From the NCBI GenBank assembly GCA_963707985.1, contig CAVPRW010000018.1:32001-96000 (forward strand): DNA of 64,000 nt, read 5' to 3'. Positions 14,582 to 24,440 of this stretch are shown in pieces. How positions within the stretch are numbered: the first letter of the stretch is position 1; the number at the start of each line of letters is the position of its first letter. The notes under the pieces were generated by a model. That model saw only the letters and a program-made list of their open reading frames with translations. It made no database searches and was not told where the DNA came from. Source of the DNA: an uncultured Nitrospinota bacterium. GTDB taxonomy: Bacteria; Tectomicrobia; Entotheonellia; J063; CAVPRW01. The position numbers and the translations under genes are program-made.

Positions 14582-14607
14582 AGCCTCCAAAGACAAGGAG
14601 GCGAATT

Positions 14608-16095
14608 ATGCCCGACGCGCTGAAAGTGGTGATTGTTGCATCCGAGGTGGTACCGTTCGCGAAGACCGGTGGGTTGGCCGATGTCGCTGGTGCACTGCCA
14701 ATCGCGCTGGCTCGGTTGGGGCACCAGGTGAGTGTGATCATGCCCCGCTATCCGACGATCGAGCGCGCCGTGCGCTCGCTGGAAAAAGTGTGGGACCGCC
14801 TCGTCGTGCCTATGGGCTCCCAGACCGAAGTAGGAGCGGTCTGGAGCGCAAAGCTCACCTCCCGAATCCCGGTATATTTTATTGAACATCCAGGGTATTT
14901 CCAACGCAACGCCCTTTATACGACACCTCAGGGTGACTATCCTGATAACGCCCAGCGCTTTGCCTTTTTTGCGAGAGCCGCTCTGGAGGCATGCCAGTCC
15001 CTTAAGCTCCAGCCGGACATCATGCACTGTCACGATTGGCAAGCTGGGTTGATTCCGGCATACCTGAACACCGTCTTACAGAACGATCCTTCCTGGGCGT
15101 CGACCAGTAGCCTATTGACCATCCACAATATCGCCTATCAGGGGCTGTTCCCGCCGGAAGTAATGGAGTTCCTGCAACTTCCGCCCCACACGTATTCGCC
15201 CGATGGCATAGAATTCTATGGCCAAGTGAACTACTTGAAAGCAGGTATTGTCTATGCGGACGTCATCAACACGGTTAGTCACCGCTATAGCCAGGAGATC
15301 CAGACGGCGGAGTTTGGCTGTGGCCTGGAGGGTATCTTGCGCTATCGGGATCAGGATGTCTATGGGATTTTAAACGGCATCGATGACAATGCGTGGAATC
15401 CCGCCAAAGATCGCTTGATCGCGGCGCGGTACAGCACCGCCAATCCCTCCGGCAAGCAGATCTGCAAACGTGACCTGCTGGAAACGTTCGGACTCTCCTC
15501 TCAATGGATGAACAGCCCTGTTGTCGGCATCATCTCTCGACTAGTCGATCAGAAGGGTTTTGACCTCATCGAGAGCACCATTCATCGCATGCTGGCGCTC
15601 GACCTTGGGCTTGTGGTGCTGGGGACCGGGGAGGCCCGTTACGAGGAATTGTTGCGCCGGCTCCGGGAGCGCTATGCCGGCAAGGTCGGCGTGACCATCG
15701 GATTTGATAACGTCCTGGCGCATAAGATCGAGGCCGGCAGCGATATCTTTCTCATGCCATCGCGCTTCGAGCCCTGTGGCTTGAATCAGATGTATAGCTT
15801 ACGCTATGGCACCGTGCCGGTGGTGCATGCAAGCGGAGGGTTGGATGATACCATCGAGGCCTACGAGCCGGCATCGGACCGTGGCAACGGCTTCAAATTC
15901 GTGCCCTACGACGCCGATATCCTGCTGTCCACCCTGCAGCGCGCCCTGACGCTCTATCAGGACCGTGCCGCCTGGGGGCGTCTCATGCAGCGCGGCATGC
16001 AGGGCAACTTTTCCTGGGCGAAATCTGCCCAGGCATATGCCGACCTTTATGCTACAGCACTGGACAGACGTCGGGGAGCGGCGGTGCCGGTGTGA
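14608..16095 (+). CDS. glgA: Glycogen synthase
   Basis: KTGGLADV, HCHDWQ, TIHNIAYQG, SRLVDQKG, PSRFEPCGL. Confidence 0.96.
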   Translation: MPDALKVVIVASEVVPFAKTGGLADVAGALPIALARLGHQVSVIMPRYPTIERAVRSLEKVWDRLVVPMGSQTEVGAVWSAKLTSRIPVYFIEHPGYFQRNALYTTPQGDYPDNAQRFAFFARAALEACQSLKLQPDIMHCHDWQAGLIPAYLNTVLQNDPSWASTSSLLTIHNIAYQGLFPPEVMEFLQLPPHTYSPDGIEFYGQVNYLKAGIVYADVINTVSHRYSQEIQTAEFGCGLEGILRYRDQDVYGILNGIDDNAWNPAKDRLIAARYSTANPSGKQICKRDLLETFGLSSQWMNSPVVGIISRLVDQKGFDLIESTIHRMLALDLGLVVLGTGEARYEELLRRLRERYAGKVGVTIGFDNVLAHKIEAGSDIFLMPSRFEPCGLNQMYSLRYGTVPVVHASGGLDDTIEAYEPASDRGNGFKFVPYDADILLSTLQRALTLYQDRAAWGRLMQRGMQGNFSWAKSAQAYADLYATALDRRRGAAVPV

Positions 16096-16106
16096 GACTC
16101 CTCCTG

Positions 16107-17339
16107 TTACACTACTCCTTCCGTGTGTAGCCGTTCCAGCGTGGATCGATCATAGCCCAGCATTCCCGTGAGGATCTCCTCCGTATGTTCCCCCAACAGC
16201 GGCGGAGGCTGCACCTCGACCGGAGAGTCGGAGAGCACTAGTGGGCAACCGACGGTTTTGAACCGGCCACGCCGTGGGTGCCTCACATCGATGATCATGC
16301 CGCGTTCCGCGAGAGCCTTGTCCTCGATCATCTCTTTGATATCCAAGATCGGCCCGCAGGGCACATCGATGTCGTTGAGCAACTCCATGGCCTGCAATTT
16401 GGTGTATTGCAGTGTCCACTCCTCAATCAAGCTAAATACTTCCCCAAGCTTGTCGAGACGCGCTTCAGGCGTGGCGTATTCCTGATCGTCGATCAAGTCG
16501 CTGCGTCCAATCAACGCCGCTAGCGCCGGCCATACCTGCGGCTGGATAATGACGTAAATGTAATCATTGGGGCCGCCAGGCTTACACCTGAGGGCTCCTC
16601 CTGGCTGCCCACCGCCGGAGGCATTGCCCGTCCGCGGCACGGCATCGCCAAAGATTTGCGTCGGATATTCGGGCAGAGGGCCGTGCTGCAGCCGCTGTTG
16701 ATCACGTACTTTGACGCGGCAGAGATTCAGCACGGCGTCTTGCATGGCCACCTCGACGTGTTGTCCTCTGCCGGTGGTAACTCGCTGGTAGAGCGCCGCC
16801 AGGATGGCCGCCAGGAGGTGAACCCCAGTCCCTGAATCACCGATCTGTGCACCCGTGCTGGTGGGAGGGCCGCCCTCATACCCCGTGGTGCTCATCGATC
16901 CGCCCATGGCCTGGGCAATGGTTTCATAGGCTTTAAAATGGACGAAAGGCCCTGGGCCGAATCCCTTGATTGAGGCATAGATCAGGTGGGGATTGATGGC
17001 CCTGACGGTATCCCAGGAAAATCCCAACCGATCCAGGGCCCCGGGGGCAAAGTTTTCTACCAACACATCCGAAATCTCGATCAGTTTGTGGAAGATCTTT
17101 TTGCCTTGTGGAGATTTCAGATTGAGCGTCACGCTGCGTTTGTTGCAGTTCAGCATGGTAAAATACAGGCTGTCGAGATTCGGAAGGTCGCGCAGTTGAG
17201 TGCGCGTAATATCGCCACGCCCCGGTGGCTCAATTTTGATGACATCGGCGCCGAGCCAGGCCATCAGTTGTGTGCAGGACGGCCCCGACTGTACATGAGT
17301 CATATCTAGCACCCGAACCCCTGTTAATGCCTTTTCCAT
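16107..17339 (-). CDS. frc: Formyl-CoA:oxalate CoA-transferase
   Basis: HVQSGPSCTQ, YFTMLNCNKRS, catalytic GDSGTG, GNASGGGQPG glycine loop. Confidence 0.93.
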   Translation of the reverse strand: MEKALTGVRVLDMTHVQSGPSCTQLMAWLGADVIKIEPPGRGDITRTQLRDLPNLDSLYFTMLNCNKRSVTLNLKSPQGKKIFHKLIEISDVLVENFAPGALDRLGFSWDTVRAINPHLIYASIKGFGPGPFVHFKAYETIAQAMGGSMSTTGYEGGPPTSTGAQIGDSGTGVHLLAAILAALYQRVTTGRGQHVEVAMQDAVLNLCRVKVRDQQRLQHGPLPEYPTQIFGDAVPRTGNASGGGQPGGALRCKPGGPNDYIYVIIQPQVWPALAALIGRSDLIDDQEYATPEARLDKLGEVFSLIEEWTLQYTKLQAMELLNDIDVPCGPILDIKEMIEDKALAERGMIIDVRHPRRGRFKTVGCPLVLSDSPVEVQPPPLLGEHTEEILTGMLGYDRSTLERLHTEGVV

Positions 17340-17500
17340 AGCTCGCCTCTTCAATAACAGTAGCGTATTTGTCGTGATAAAGTCGTCTGCTTCCCAGGTG
17401 CCCTCTCACCCTGCCAGCGGGTGAGGGCAGCAGAACACGATCGAGGGCTCGCACTGCCTTTCCTCCGGCCCTCTGCCGATCGGAACAGGCGTGAAATCAC

Positions 17501-19212
17501 CTAGCGGTACATCGTCTGATTCATCGTCCCTGGGGCGTAGGCCTCGGGGTCGATCCAGACGTTGATCAATGATGGCTTACCAGAGGCACGGGCGCGCTGC
17601 AAGGCAGGTTGGATAGCGTTGGGATGGCGTACTTCTTCGCCGTAACCTCCCAGCATGGTGGCAAATTGGTCGAAGGCCACGTCACCCAGCTTGTTGCCGA
17701 CCTCACCACGTTCACGGCCATACTTGGCGAGCTGGCCGAAGCGGATCTGGTTCCAGGCCGAGTTATTGCCGACGATGCCAACAAACGGCAAGTCGAAGCG
17801 GACCATGGTCTCGAAGTCCCAGCCAGTCAGCGTGAACGCGCCATCACCAAACAGGCACACCACCTCCTTTTGCGGCCGGGCCAGCTTGCAGGCCATGGCG
17901 AATGGTATGCCGACACCCAGCGTGCCAAGGGGGCCCGGGTCCATCCAATGGCCAGGGGATTTGGGCTGGACCACGCCGCCAGAGAAGGTCACGATATCGC
18001 CGCCGTCGCCGATGTAGACTGAATCCTCGCGTAGAAACTCGTTGATTTCGTAGCAGAGGCGTAGGGGATGAATCGGTTGCGCATCGGATTTGAGCCGTGT
18101 GCATACGGTCACTCTGCAAGCGATCTTCTTCCGCTCGTAATGCCTCCATCCACGGCTTGCGCTCGTTGACGCCCCGATTGACGTGTCCGGTTACCGCCTG
18201 TGTCACCGCCCCCAAGATCGCTCCGACGTCACCAACCATACCCAGCGAGACATCCCGATTTTTGCCGACAGTTCGGTAATCCATATCGATTTGCACCACG
18301 GTGGCATCGGCCCGGAGCCGTCTACCATAGCCCATGCGAAAATCGAACGGCGTCCCGACGATGACGATGACATCGGCTTTATCGAAGGCATAGCGGCGGG
18401 TCTGTTGAAAGTGGTGTGGATCGTGGGGCGGCAATGTGCCGCGGCCAGCCCCGTTCATGAATGCAGGAATGTTGAGGCTCTTGACGAAGTTGATGGCCGC
18501 CTCGGTGCCCACGGCAGGTCCAGACTTGTGTCCCCAACAACACGCAGGGCTTCTTCGCCTGCACGAGGATATCGGCGAGCTTTTCGATGTCCGCCGGATC
18601 ACCGATGCTCTTGATGGAAGCCCGATAGCGGCCGGATTGGGGGATACGCACGTTGCTGATATCTACCGTGGTATCCAGGATATCGCGTGGTATTTCCAGA
18701 TAGGATGGCCCCGGAGCCCCATGGTAGCACTCGCGGAAGGCCATACTGATCAGGTCGGGGATGCGGTCGGTGGTGGGAACGCTGGCCGAAAATTTGGTGA
18801 TAGGGCGCAGGATGTCGACATGCGGCAGGTCCTGGAGGGAACCCATTTTGTGCTGGCTCAAGGCGCCCTGACCACCGATGAGGAGCATCGGGCTTTCGGC
18901 CCGGAAGGCATTGGCGATACCAGTAATGGCATCGGTCGTGCCGGGCCCTGCAGTGACCACTGCACACCCTGCCGTACCAGTGACCCGAGCATACCCGTCG
19001 GCGGCATGCGTCGCGACCTGCTCGTGACGTACATCGACGATCTTGATCCCCTCGTCAAGACATCCATCATAGATGTCAATGATGTGACCACCACATAGCG
19101 TGAAAATAGTGTCCACCCCTTCGTTTTTCAGAGCCTTGGCGACTAGATGCCCCCCGGAAATCCGCTCCCCAGTGGCCTCATCCTTCGTGGTTTGATTCTC
19201 TCTCTCGGCCAT
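17501..19212 (-). CDS. oxc: Oxalyl-CoA decarboxylase-like ThDP enzyme, two +1 frameshifts (about 18510 and 18100)
   Basis: RHEQ, GPGTT, SLQD, DPGPLGTLGVG, GDGAF...NNS; adjacent to frc. Confidence 0.75.
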
Positions 19213-19603
19213 GATAGCTTTCCTCCCGCTCGGGCCCGACACGCGTAGTGCGCTCGGCTGGTGTGGACAAAGGTGAATCGACGTAGTCAGTGCAAGATGG
19301 AATGCTCTGGATCGCCCAGACAACGAACTGCACGACCGCATTTGCCCCTGAGCATTCGGCAACGCCTGGCTCGACCGGAGACCCAGACGCGCTGGAAACT
19401 CGTGATACAGGGGTGCCGTGACATTATCGGCCGCGCTCTAGAAACCACTCACGTTCTAGAATCAGCGTGTAGCGCAGAACACCTCACAGGACGGGTCATA
19501 CAGGAGGAGTTCACAGGAATGGTAACGGCGTAAGCCTAGACAGAGCCGGAATAAAGACAGTGACCGGAGACATCGATGGGAGCACTTGCATCGGCCCCCA
19601 CGC

Positions 19604-19629
19604 CGGGGCGCCCCTGCGGTAGGGGCGCA
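19604..19629. repeat. REP-like hairpin after the oxidoreductase beta gene
   Basis: gcgcccctgc-g-gtaggggcgc. Confidence 0.45.
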
Positions 19630-19662
19630 CCGGCACGTCCGGAGGCGTTGCTGTACTGTTGA

Positions 19663-20658
19663 CTATTCCTTGGTGAATGGCAGGACACCAGGCAACAGCC
19701 ACTTTTCCCACATCTCGTCGGTCTTCGCCTGGAAATACTCGATGTCCTCATCTAAAAAGTGGGCGAAGCGACCCTGTCGGTTCAAATATTCCCGCACGGG
19801 GAGCCGTTTGGTCCGGCCTTCCACCAGGTACTTGGTCTGACCGTAGTAGGAAAGCTTCCCGTCTTCGACCTCATACAAGGGGAAAATCCCACACTTGACC
19901 GCCATCTCACCCAACTCATGGGAATACATCGGGTCATAGTCCCAACCCTTCGGGCAGGGATCAAGCGAATGGATGAAGGTTGGGCCGCCAATGGTCAAGG
20001 CCTTGCGGACCTTATTCATCATATCCACGGCGTACGTTGGACACACAGTCGCCACATACCGACACTCCGGATGCCCTGCGGCAAGCATACCTGCCGTGTT
20101 CTTTTTCCAACGTTTGTGCATGATGCGCTTGACTTTGCCCGCTGGGCTGAAGGTGGTATAGGCCCCGTATGGCGTGCTCCCTGAAAGCTGAATATCCGTA
20201 TTGGCATACGACTCATTGTCGTACATCAGGATCAGGCAGTTATAATCGCGATGGGTCAGCGTGGCAGAAATGGCCGCTAACCCCATATCCGCGCCACCAC
20301 CGTCGCCACAGAAGGCGATGACGTTGATCGGCTCGGACTTCATCTTGCCCTTGCGCATCAGGGCTTTCAGGGCAGCCGCGGTGCCGAGCGCTGCAGAGCC
20401 TGAGGAGCCCAATTGCGTGTGCATCCAGGGCACCACCCACGGCGTCGTGTAATACGTGGTGTTGGCCACATACATGCAGCCGGTGCTGCCGAGCACGATT
20501 GTGCGGTCGCCGGCGGCTTTGATCATCAGCTTCATCACCAGTGCCGACTCGCAGCCCTGGCAGGTTCGATGACCAGAAGTGAAATATTCCTCCAGGGCAA
20601 CGCCCTTAACGCCCTTGAAAGGCTCCAGTATCTGCGGCAGAACTTCGACAAATGACAT
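19663..20658 (-). CDS. Oxalate oxidoreductase-like beta subunit (ThDP, 4Fe-4S)
   Basis: GHRTCQGC, TGCMYVANT, GDGG, YDNESYANT, PCPKGW. Confidence 0.85.
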   Translation of the reverse strand: MSFVEVLPQILEPFKGVKGVALEEYFTSGHRTCQGCESALVMKLMIKAAGDRTIVLGSTGCMYVANTTYYTTPWVVPWMHTQLGSSGSAALGTAAALKALMRKGKMKSEPINVIAFCGDGGGADMGLAAISATLTHRDYNCLILMYDNESYANTDIQLSGSTPYGAYTTFSPAGKVKRIMHKRWKKNTAGMLAAGHPECRYVATVCPTYAVDMMNKVRKALTIGGPTFIHSLDPCPKGWDYDPMYSHELGEMAVKCGIFPLYEVEDGKLSYYGQTKYLVEGRTKRLPVREYLNRQGRFAHFLDEDIEYFQAKTDEMWEKWLLPGVLPFTKE

Positions 20659-20663
20659 CGTCT

Positions 20664-21881
20664 TTACCCCCTGACCCCTATCCAATGGGTCTCTGTATCA
20701 GCTTTTCCGGACGCGGCCACTTTCGTCGTCATATCGCTTATCTCGACCACGTTTTCTGCCGTCACTTCACGTCCCCCAAGGCCGGCGATGAAGCTCACCA
20801 CGTAGGGTCGTTTATCTAATGAGTATAACGCCGATCGTATCTCCGTGGCAAGCACACCTGCGTGGAAGGGGGAGCCGAACGAGTAATCGCGATCGATAAC
20901 CCCCACCGCCTTCACCTTCGAGAGGGTGGCGCGCAACTCTTCCGTCGGGAACGGTCGTAGCCACTTCAACCGTACCACCCCTACCTTGTGTCCCTGGGCC
21001 CGCAACTGGCGCACGGCGACTTTCAATGGCATGGCGATCGTCCCCTGGCCCAGCAAGGCGATCTCGGCGTCTTCCATCATGTACTCTTCAAACCACGGCG
21101 ACTCTCCCCGACCGAAAGTGCGGTGAAAGTCCGCATAGACGTCGGGGATGATCGATTTGGCCCGTTTCATCGCCTCATCGCTCTGCTTCCGGATCTCGAT
21201 GAGCCAGTCTTCGTTCACCTGCGGGGCGATGGTGATCGGATTATCAGGGTGCAACTGCAGCTCGGCCCGGTCATAGGGCGGCAGGAATTGCTCCACCATG
21301 CCCTGACTGGGGACTTTCACCAGGACCTGCGAGTGCGTCAGATAGGCCCCGTCCATGCCGATGGCGATGGGTAGTAACACCCGACGATCCTCTGCCAGTC
21401 GCCAGGCCATCAAGGCCGTATCGAGGGCCTCTTGAGCGGTATCCACCCAGGTCAACATCCAGCCGAGGTCGCGCACCGCTAGCGCGTCGTTGTGCTCCAC
21501 CCCGAAGGCGCCTGGATCGTCAAGCGCCCGATTGCCGACAATGGCCACCACCGGCATGCGTAACCCGGCCGTCACCGCCAACGCTTCCATGGCGTAGAAC
21601 CAACCCACGCCGCTCGACCCGACAAACACGCGCGCACCCACCGCGGAGGCATGTTTGACGATCTCGAATTGCGAGTGCTCGCTCTCAGCGATGATGTATT
21701 CGGCATCGAATTCGCCGTTCGAAATGAGCTTGGCGATCGCCTGCATGACGGTATCGTACGGCCGAATGGGATAGCCGGTGATGACGTCGACATCAGCGAG
21801 CTTGCAGGCCTGTGCAATCGCCTCGCAGCCGCTGATCAGCGCCTCGGTTTCCTGCGGAATAACTAATGTGTCAGCCCTCAT
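20664..21881 (-). CDS. Oxalate oxidoreductase-like alpha subunit
   Basis: YPIRP instead of PFOR YPITP; SEHS; NRALDDPGAFGVEH. Confidence 0.85.
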   Translation of the reverse strand: MRADTLVIPQETEALISGCEAIAQACKLADVDVITGYPIRPYDTVMQAIAKLISNGEFDAEYIIAESEHSQFEIVKHASAVGARVFVGSSGVGWFYAMEALAVTAGLRMPVVAIVGNRALDDPGAFGVEHNDALAVRDLGWMLTWVDTAQEALDTALMAWRLAEDRRVLLPIAIGMDGAYLTHSQVLVKVPSQGMVEQFLPPYDRAELQLHPDNPITIAPQVNEDWLIEIRKQSDEAMKRAKSIIPDVYADFHRTFGRGESPWFEEYMMEDAEIALLGQGTIAMPLKVAVRQLRAQGHKVGVVRLKWLRPFPTEELRATLSKVKAVGVIDRDYSFGSPFHAGVLATEIRSALYSLDKRPYVVSFIAGLGGREVTAENVVEISDMTTKVAASGKADTETHWIGVRG

Positions 21882-21882
21882 G

Positions 21883-23046
21883 CTAGGCGTCCTCCTCCTT
21901 TTGCAGCGCTGCGATTTCCTCATCGTACTGGCCTCGATGATGGAAGCCATGGGCACGATGTTCGACCGTTTTCGCCTCGGCAATCTTCTCCTGCAGCCAC
22001 CCTTGGTAACCCGGCGTGTCCTGTTTCCACATCTCGTACTGACTGCTGTTATCAGCAAAGGCGGTTTCATTGACCATGGTGATACAGTTGGCCACTGGGC
22101 ATACGGCCTCACATACGCCACAGCCGCAGCAAGCCTCCATATTGGCATCATACAGGTGTTCGGGTGTGACATCGAAACAGGAATCGGGACACTGCAGCCA
22201 GCACAGGGTGCACTTCACGCACTTATCGAAGTCGACGACCGGCCGCATCGACCGCGTGGTGTATTTCTTGAAGTATTGATTGCGTTCCGGCTGGTACCCG
22301 CCTTCCTCGCCTCGGAAACCCTTGCCCACAGCGATCCCCTTGACTACGATGGCGTCCTGCATTTCCCAGTACTTTGGCTTTTCGAAGTCCTCGACTGGCG
22401 CCGTATTTCCCTCAGCTGGGGTCACATGGCGGGGGACGGCGCGATCGAAGGCCTTTTGCGCCGACGTGACTTTCAAGCTGTCGTTCCACTCCTGCATGAT
22501 GGCCTGTTCCAGCGACTTTATACCGAAAAGGTGGGGGGCGATGCGCGCCAGTGTCCCCAGCACCCGTACCTCCGTATGATCTTCTTTGTAGACCCAGAGA
22601 CCGGAGAAGCTGGCTGGTCCCTTGACAATGGCCATGTCATACTCGTAAGGCTGCTGATGGATCCATTGCAGCAAGGTGTCGGGAGAGTGGATGGAGGTGA
22701 CGAGCAGCAAGCCGTTCTCATGCAGCAATTTATTGATCGGCTGCGTGCCATACCAGGCCCAGGATTCCACACCTTTGCACAGGGTATCATCCACCGCGAT
22801 CGTGATGTCGACGACCGTGGGCTCGTACCTTGCCATGCTGGTCTGCAATTCGAGCTCATCGTCGGCGACGATGGCGAATTGCTTCGCAGGGATGCCATTG
22901 CGTTCCGGAGAATCGCCATAGCGTCCGAAGGAGATGCCGACTTTGCCTTCTTTGCGCGCGGCCAACACGATGCCGCGACCAATGCGCTGGCCTAAATTCT
23001 TTTGGAAAATACCTCGATACACGACTTCAACCGTCACCGAACTCAT
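21883..23046 (-). CDS. Oxalate oxidoreductase-like fused gamma/ferredoxin subunit
   Basis: No GxGGQG CoA loop (YRGIFQK instead); CVKCTLCWLQCP and CCGCGVCEAVCP ferredoxin motifs. Confidence 0.85.
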   Translation of the reverse strand: MSSVTVEVVYRGIFQKNLGQRIGRGIVLAARKEGKVGISFGRYGDSPERNGIPAKQFAIVADDELELQTSMARYEPTVVDITIAVDDTLCKGVESWAWYGTQPINKLLHENGLLLVTSIHSPDTLLQWIHQQPYEYDMAIVKGPASFSGLWVYKEDHTEVRVLGTLARIAPHLFGIKSLEQAIMQEWNDSLKVTSAQKAFDRAVPRHVTPAEGNTAPVEDFEKPKYWEMQDAIVVKGIAVGKGFRGEEGGYQPERNQYFKKYTTRSMRPVVDFDKCVKCTLCWLQCPDSCFDVTPEHLYDANMEACCGCGVCEAVCPVANCITMVNETAFADNSSQYEMWKQDTPGYQGWLQEKIAEAKTVEHRAHGFHHRGQYDEEIAALQKEEDA

Positions 23047-23933
23047 TGTTGTCCTCCATCCTCCCGACGTGGCACGATAACTGACTCTAGGGGCGCTGAT
23101 GCATGACGCCTCCGAGTCGACGAGCGGCGCTGCGTCGAGCTCGAAGGTTCAGGCGATGGATGCTGTCCAGCTTCGACATCCAGGCCGCGTGAGGTGGGTC
23201 CCGGCTCGCCGATTGGCAGGCGCTGCCGGCGTGGCTGTGGGGTGGGGGCGAGTACGTTCTGCTCCACCGCCTGAATGTGCCGCTGCATCGCCTGACGAGC
23301 CAATTCCGGGTCATGCCGCTCGATGGCAACGAGGATCTCTCGGTGGGACGCCAAAGATTTGTGGGCACGACCCGGGGTCTGTAGGGATTTCTCCCGTATG
23401 GGTTTGAGAATCTCGACGATCGACGCCACCAGACGCTGCAATGCCGCATTGTGGGTGGCGCGGCCAATGGTCAAATGAAACGCGGCATCGCTATCCACCG
23501 CAGAGGTATCCCGGTTGATCTGCTGCTCTTGCTGGGTGTAGATCTCCTTCAGGCGCAGGATATCGGCTGGTGTGGCGCGTTCGGCAGCCAGGGCCGCGAT
23601 ACTCGGTTCGACCAGGCAACGCATTTCAAACAGATCGATCAACGCATCCTTGCCTTGCGAGAGCAACGAGGCCAACGGGGGAATGATCGCCTCCACGTTC
23701 ACAGCTGTGATAAAGGTCCCACTCCCAGGTCGTGAAATGACCATCCGCTCATTCTCGAGCGTCTTAATCGCTTCACGCACCGACGAGCGGCTGACACGAA
23801 ACGTCTCGGCTAACTCTCGCTCCGAGGGCAGTCGATCCCCCGCCTTCAACTTCCCATCGTCGATCAACTGGTGAAGTTGTCCGACCACTTCCTCATAGAG
23901 GCGTGTCTTCTTGATCACCTTGACTTCTAACAT
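23043..23933 (-). CDS. FadR/GntR-family regulator (FCD domain)
   Basis: GDRLPSERELAETFRVSRSSVREA; DAAFH...SLASH; stop overlaps the next start. Confidence 0.92.
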   Translation of the reverse strand: MLEVKVIKKTRLYEEVVGQLHQLIDDGKLKAGDRLPSERELAETFRVSRSSVREAIKTLENERMVISRPGSGTFITAVNVEAIIPPLASLLSQGKDALIDLFEMRCLVEPSIAALAAERATPADILRLKEIYTQQEQQINRDTSAVDSDAAFHLTIGRATHNAALQRLVASIVEILKPIREKSLQTPGRAHKSLASHREILVAIERHDPELARQAMQRHIQAVEQNVLAPTPQPRRQRLPIGEPGPTSRGLDVEAGQHPSPEPSSSTQRRSSTRRRHASAPLESVIVPRREDGGQQ

Positions 23934-23969
23934 AAGCCTGCATCCTGAGGTTTCACCAGGTACTTGCCA

Positions 23970-24009
23970 ACTGGTCAGACCAGTATACCAATCGGCAATC
24001 GCCTGTCAA
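23970..24009 (-). promoter_or_regulatory. Sigma70 promoter overlapped by a FadR-type operator
   Basis: TTGACA (24009-24004), 16 nt spacer ending in TGn, TATACT (23987-23982); palindrome ACTGGTC-A-GACCAGT 23970-23984. Confidence 0.8.
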
Positions 24010-24144
24010 GAGAAATTTAACCCTTCGAGGATATTCTATCAATGTTGACAATGCAACAATTTTACCTTTTATAACCTATTTTAGCCTCACACATACATCT
24101 GGTTCATAGGCAACCTCGTCCACTGTCGATCGACAGAACAAACC

Positions 24145-24420
24145 ATGCGAGACGGATGCACACTCGCACCCGGTCAGAAGGGAACCAAGAAACTCCTAGA
24201 CCAGTACGATTCCCAACGGTCGCAGCTAATCATCATACAAGCCCCTTGGTCGACGACGCCCACGACAACGGCTGGTGTGACCTTGGTAGGCGTCCATGTG
24301 GGGGGGGAACAAGGTGGCGCAACGACAGGTCAAACAACACGGAGGGCAGTAGCTCCCCAGCCCGTGTTTGAGAGCTGCCGTATAGCCGGGCGAGCGCGCT
24401 CAGCTCGAAAGACCGTACTG
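24145..24420 (+). pseudogene. Degraded small hypothetical gene
   Basis: TLAPGQKGTKKLLDQY resembles a conserved hypothetical family recalled from integron neighbourhoods; internally deleted and frameshifted. Confidence 0.35.
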
Positions 24421-24440
24421 AGAGGTGGCGTGTTTCTGAT

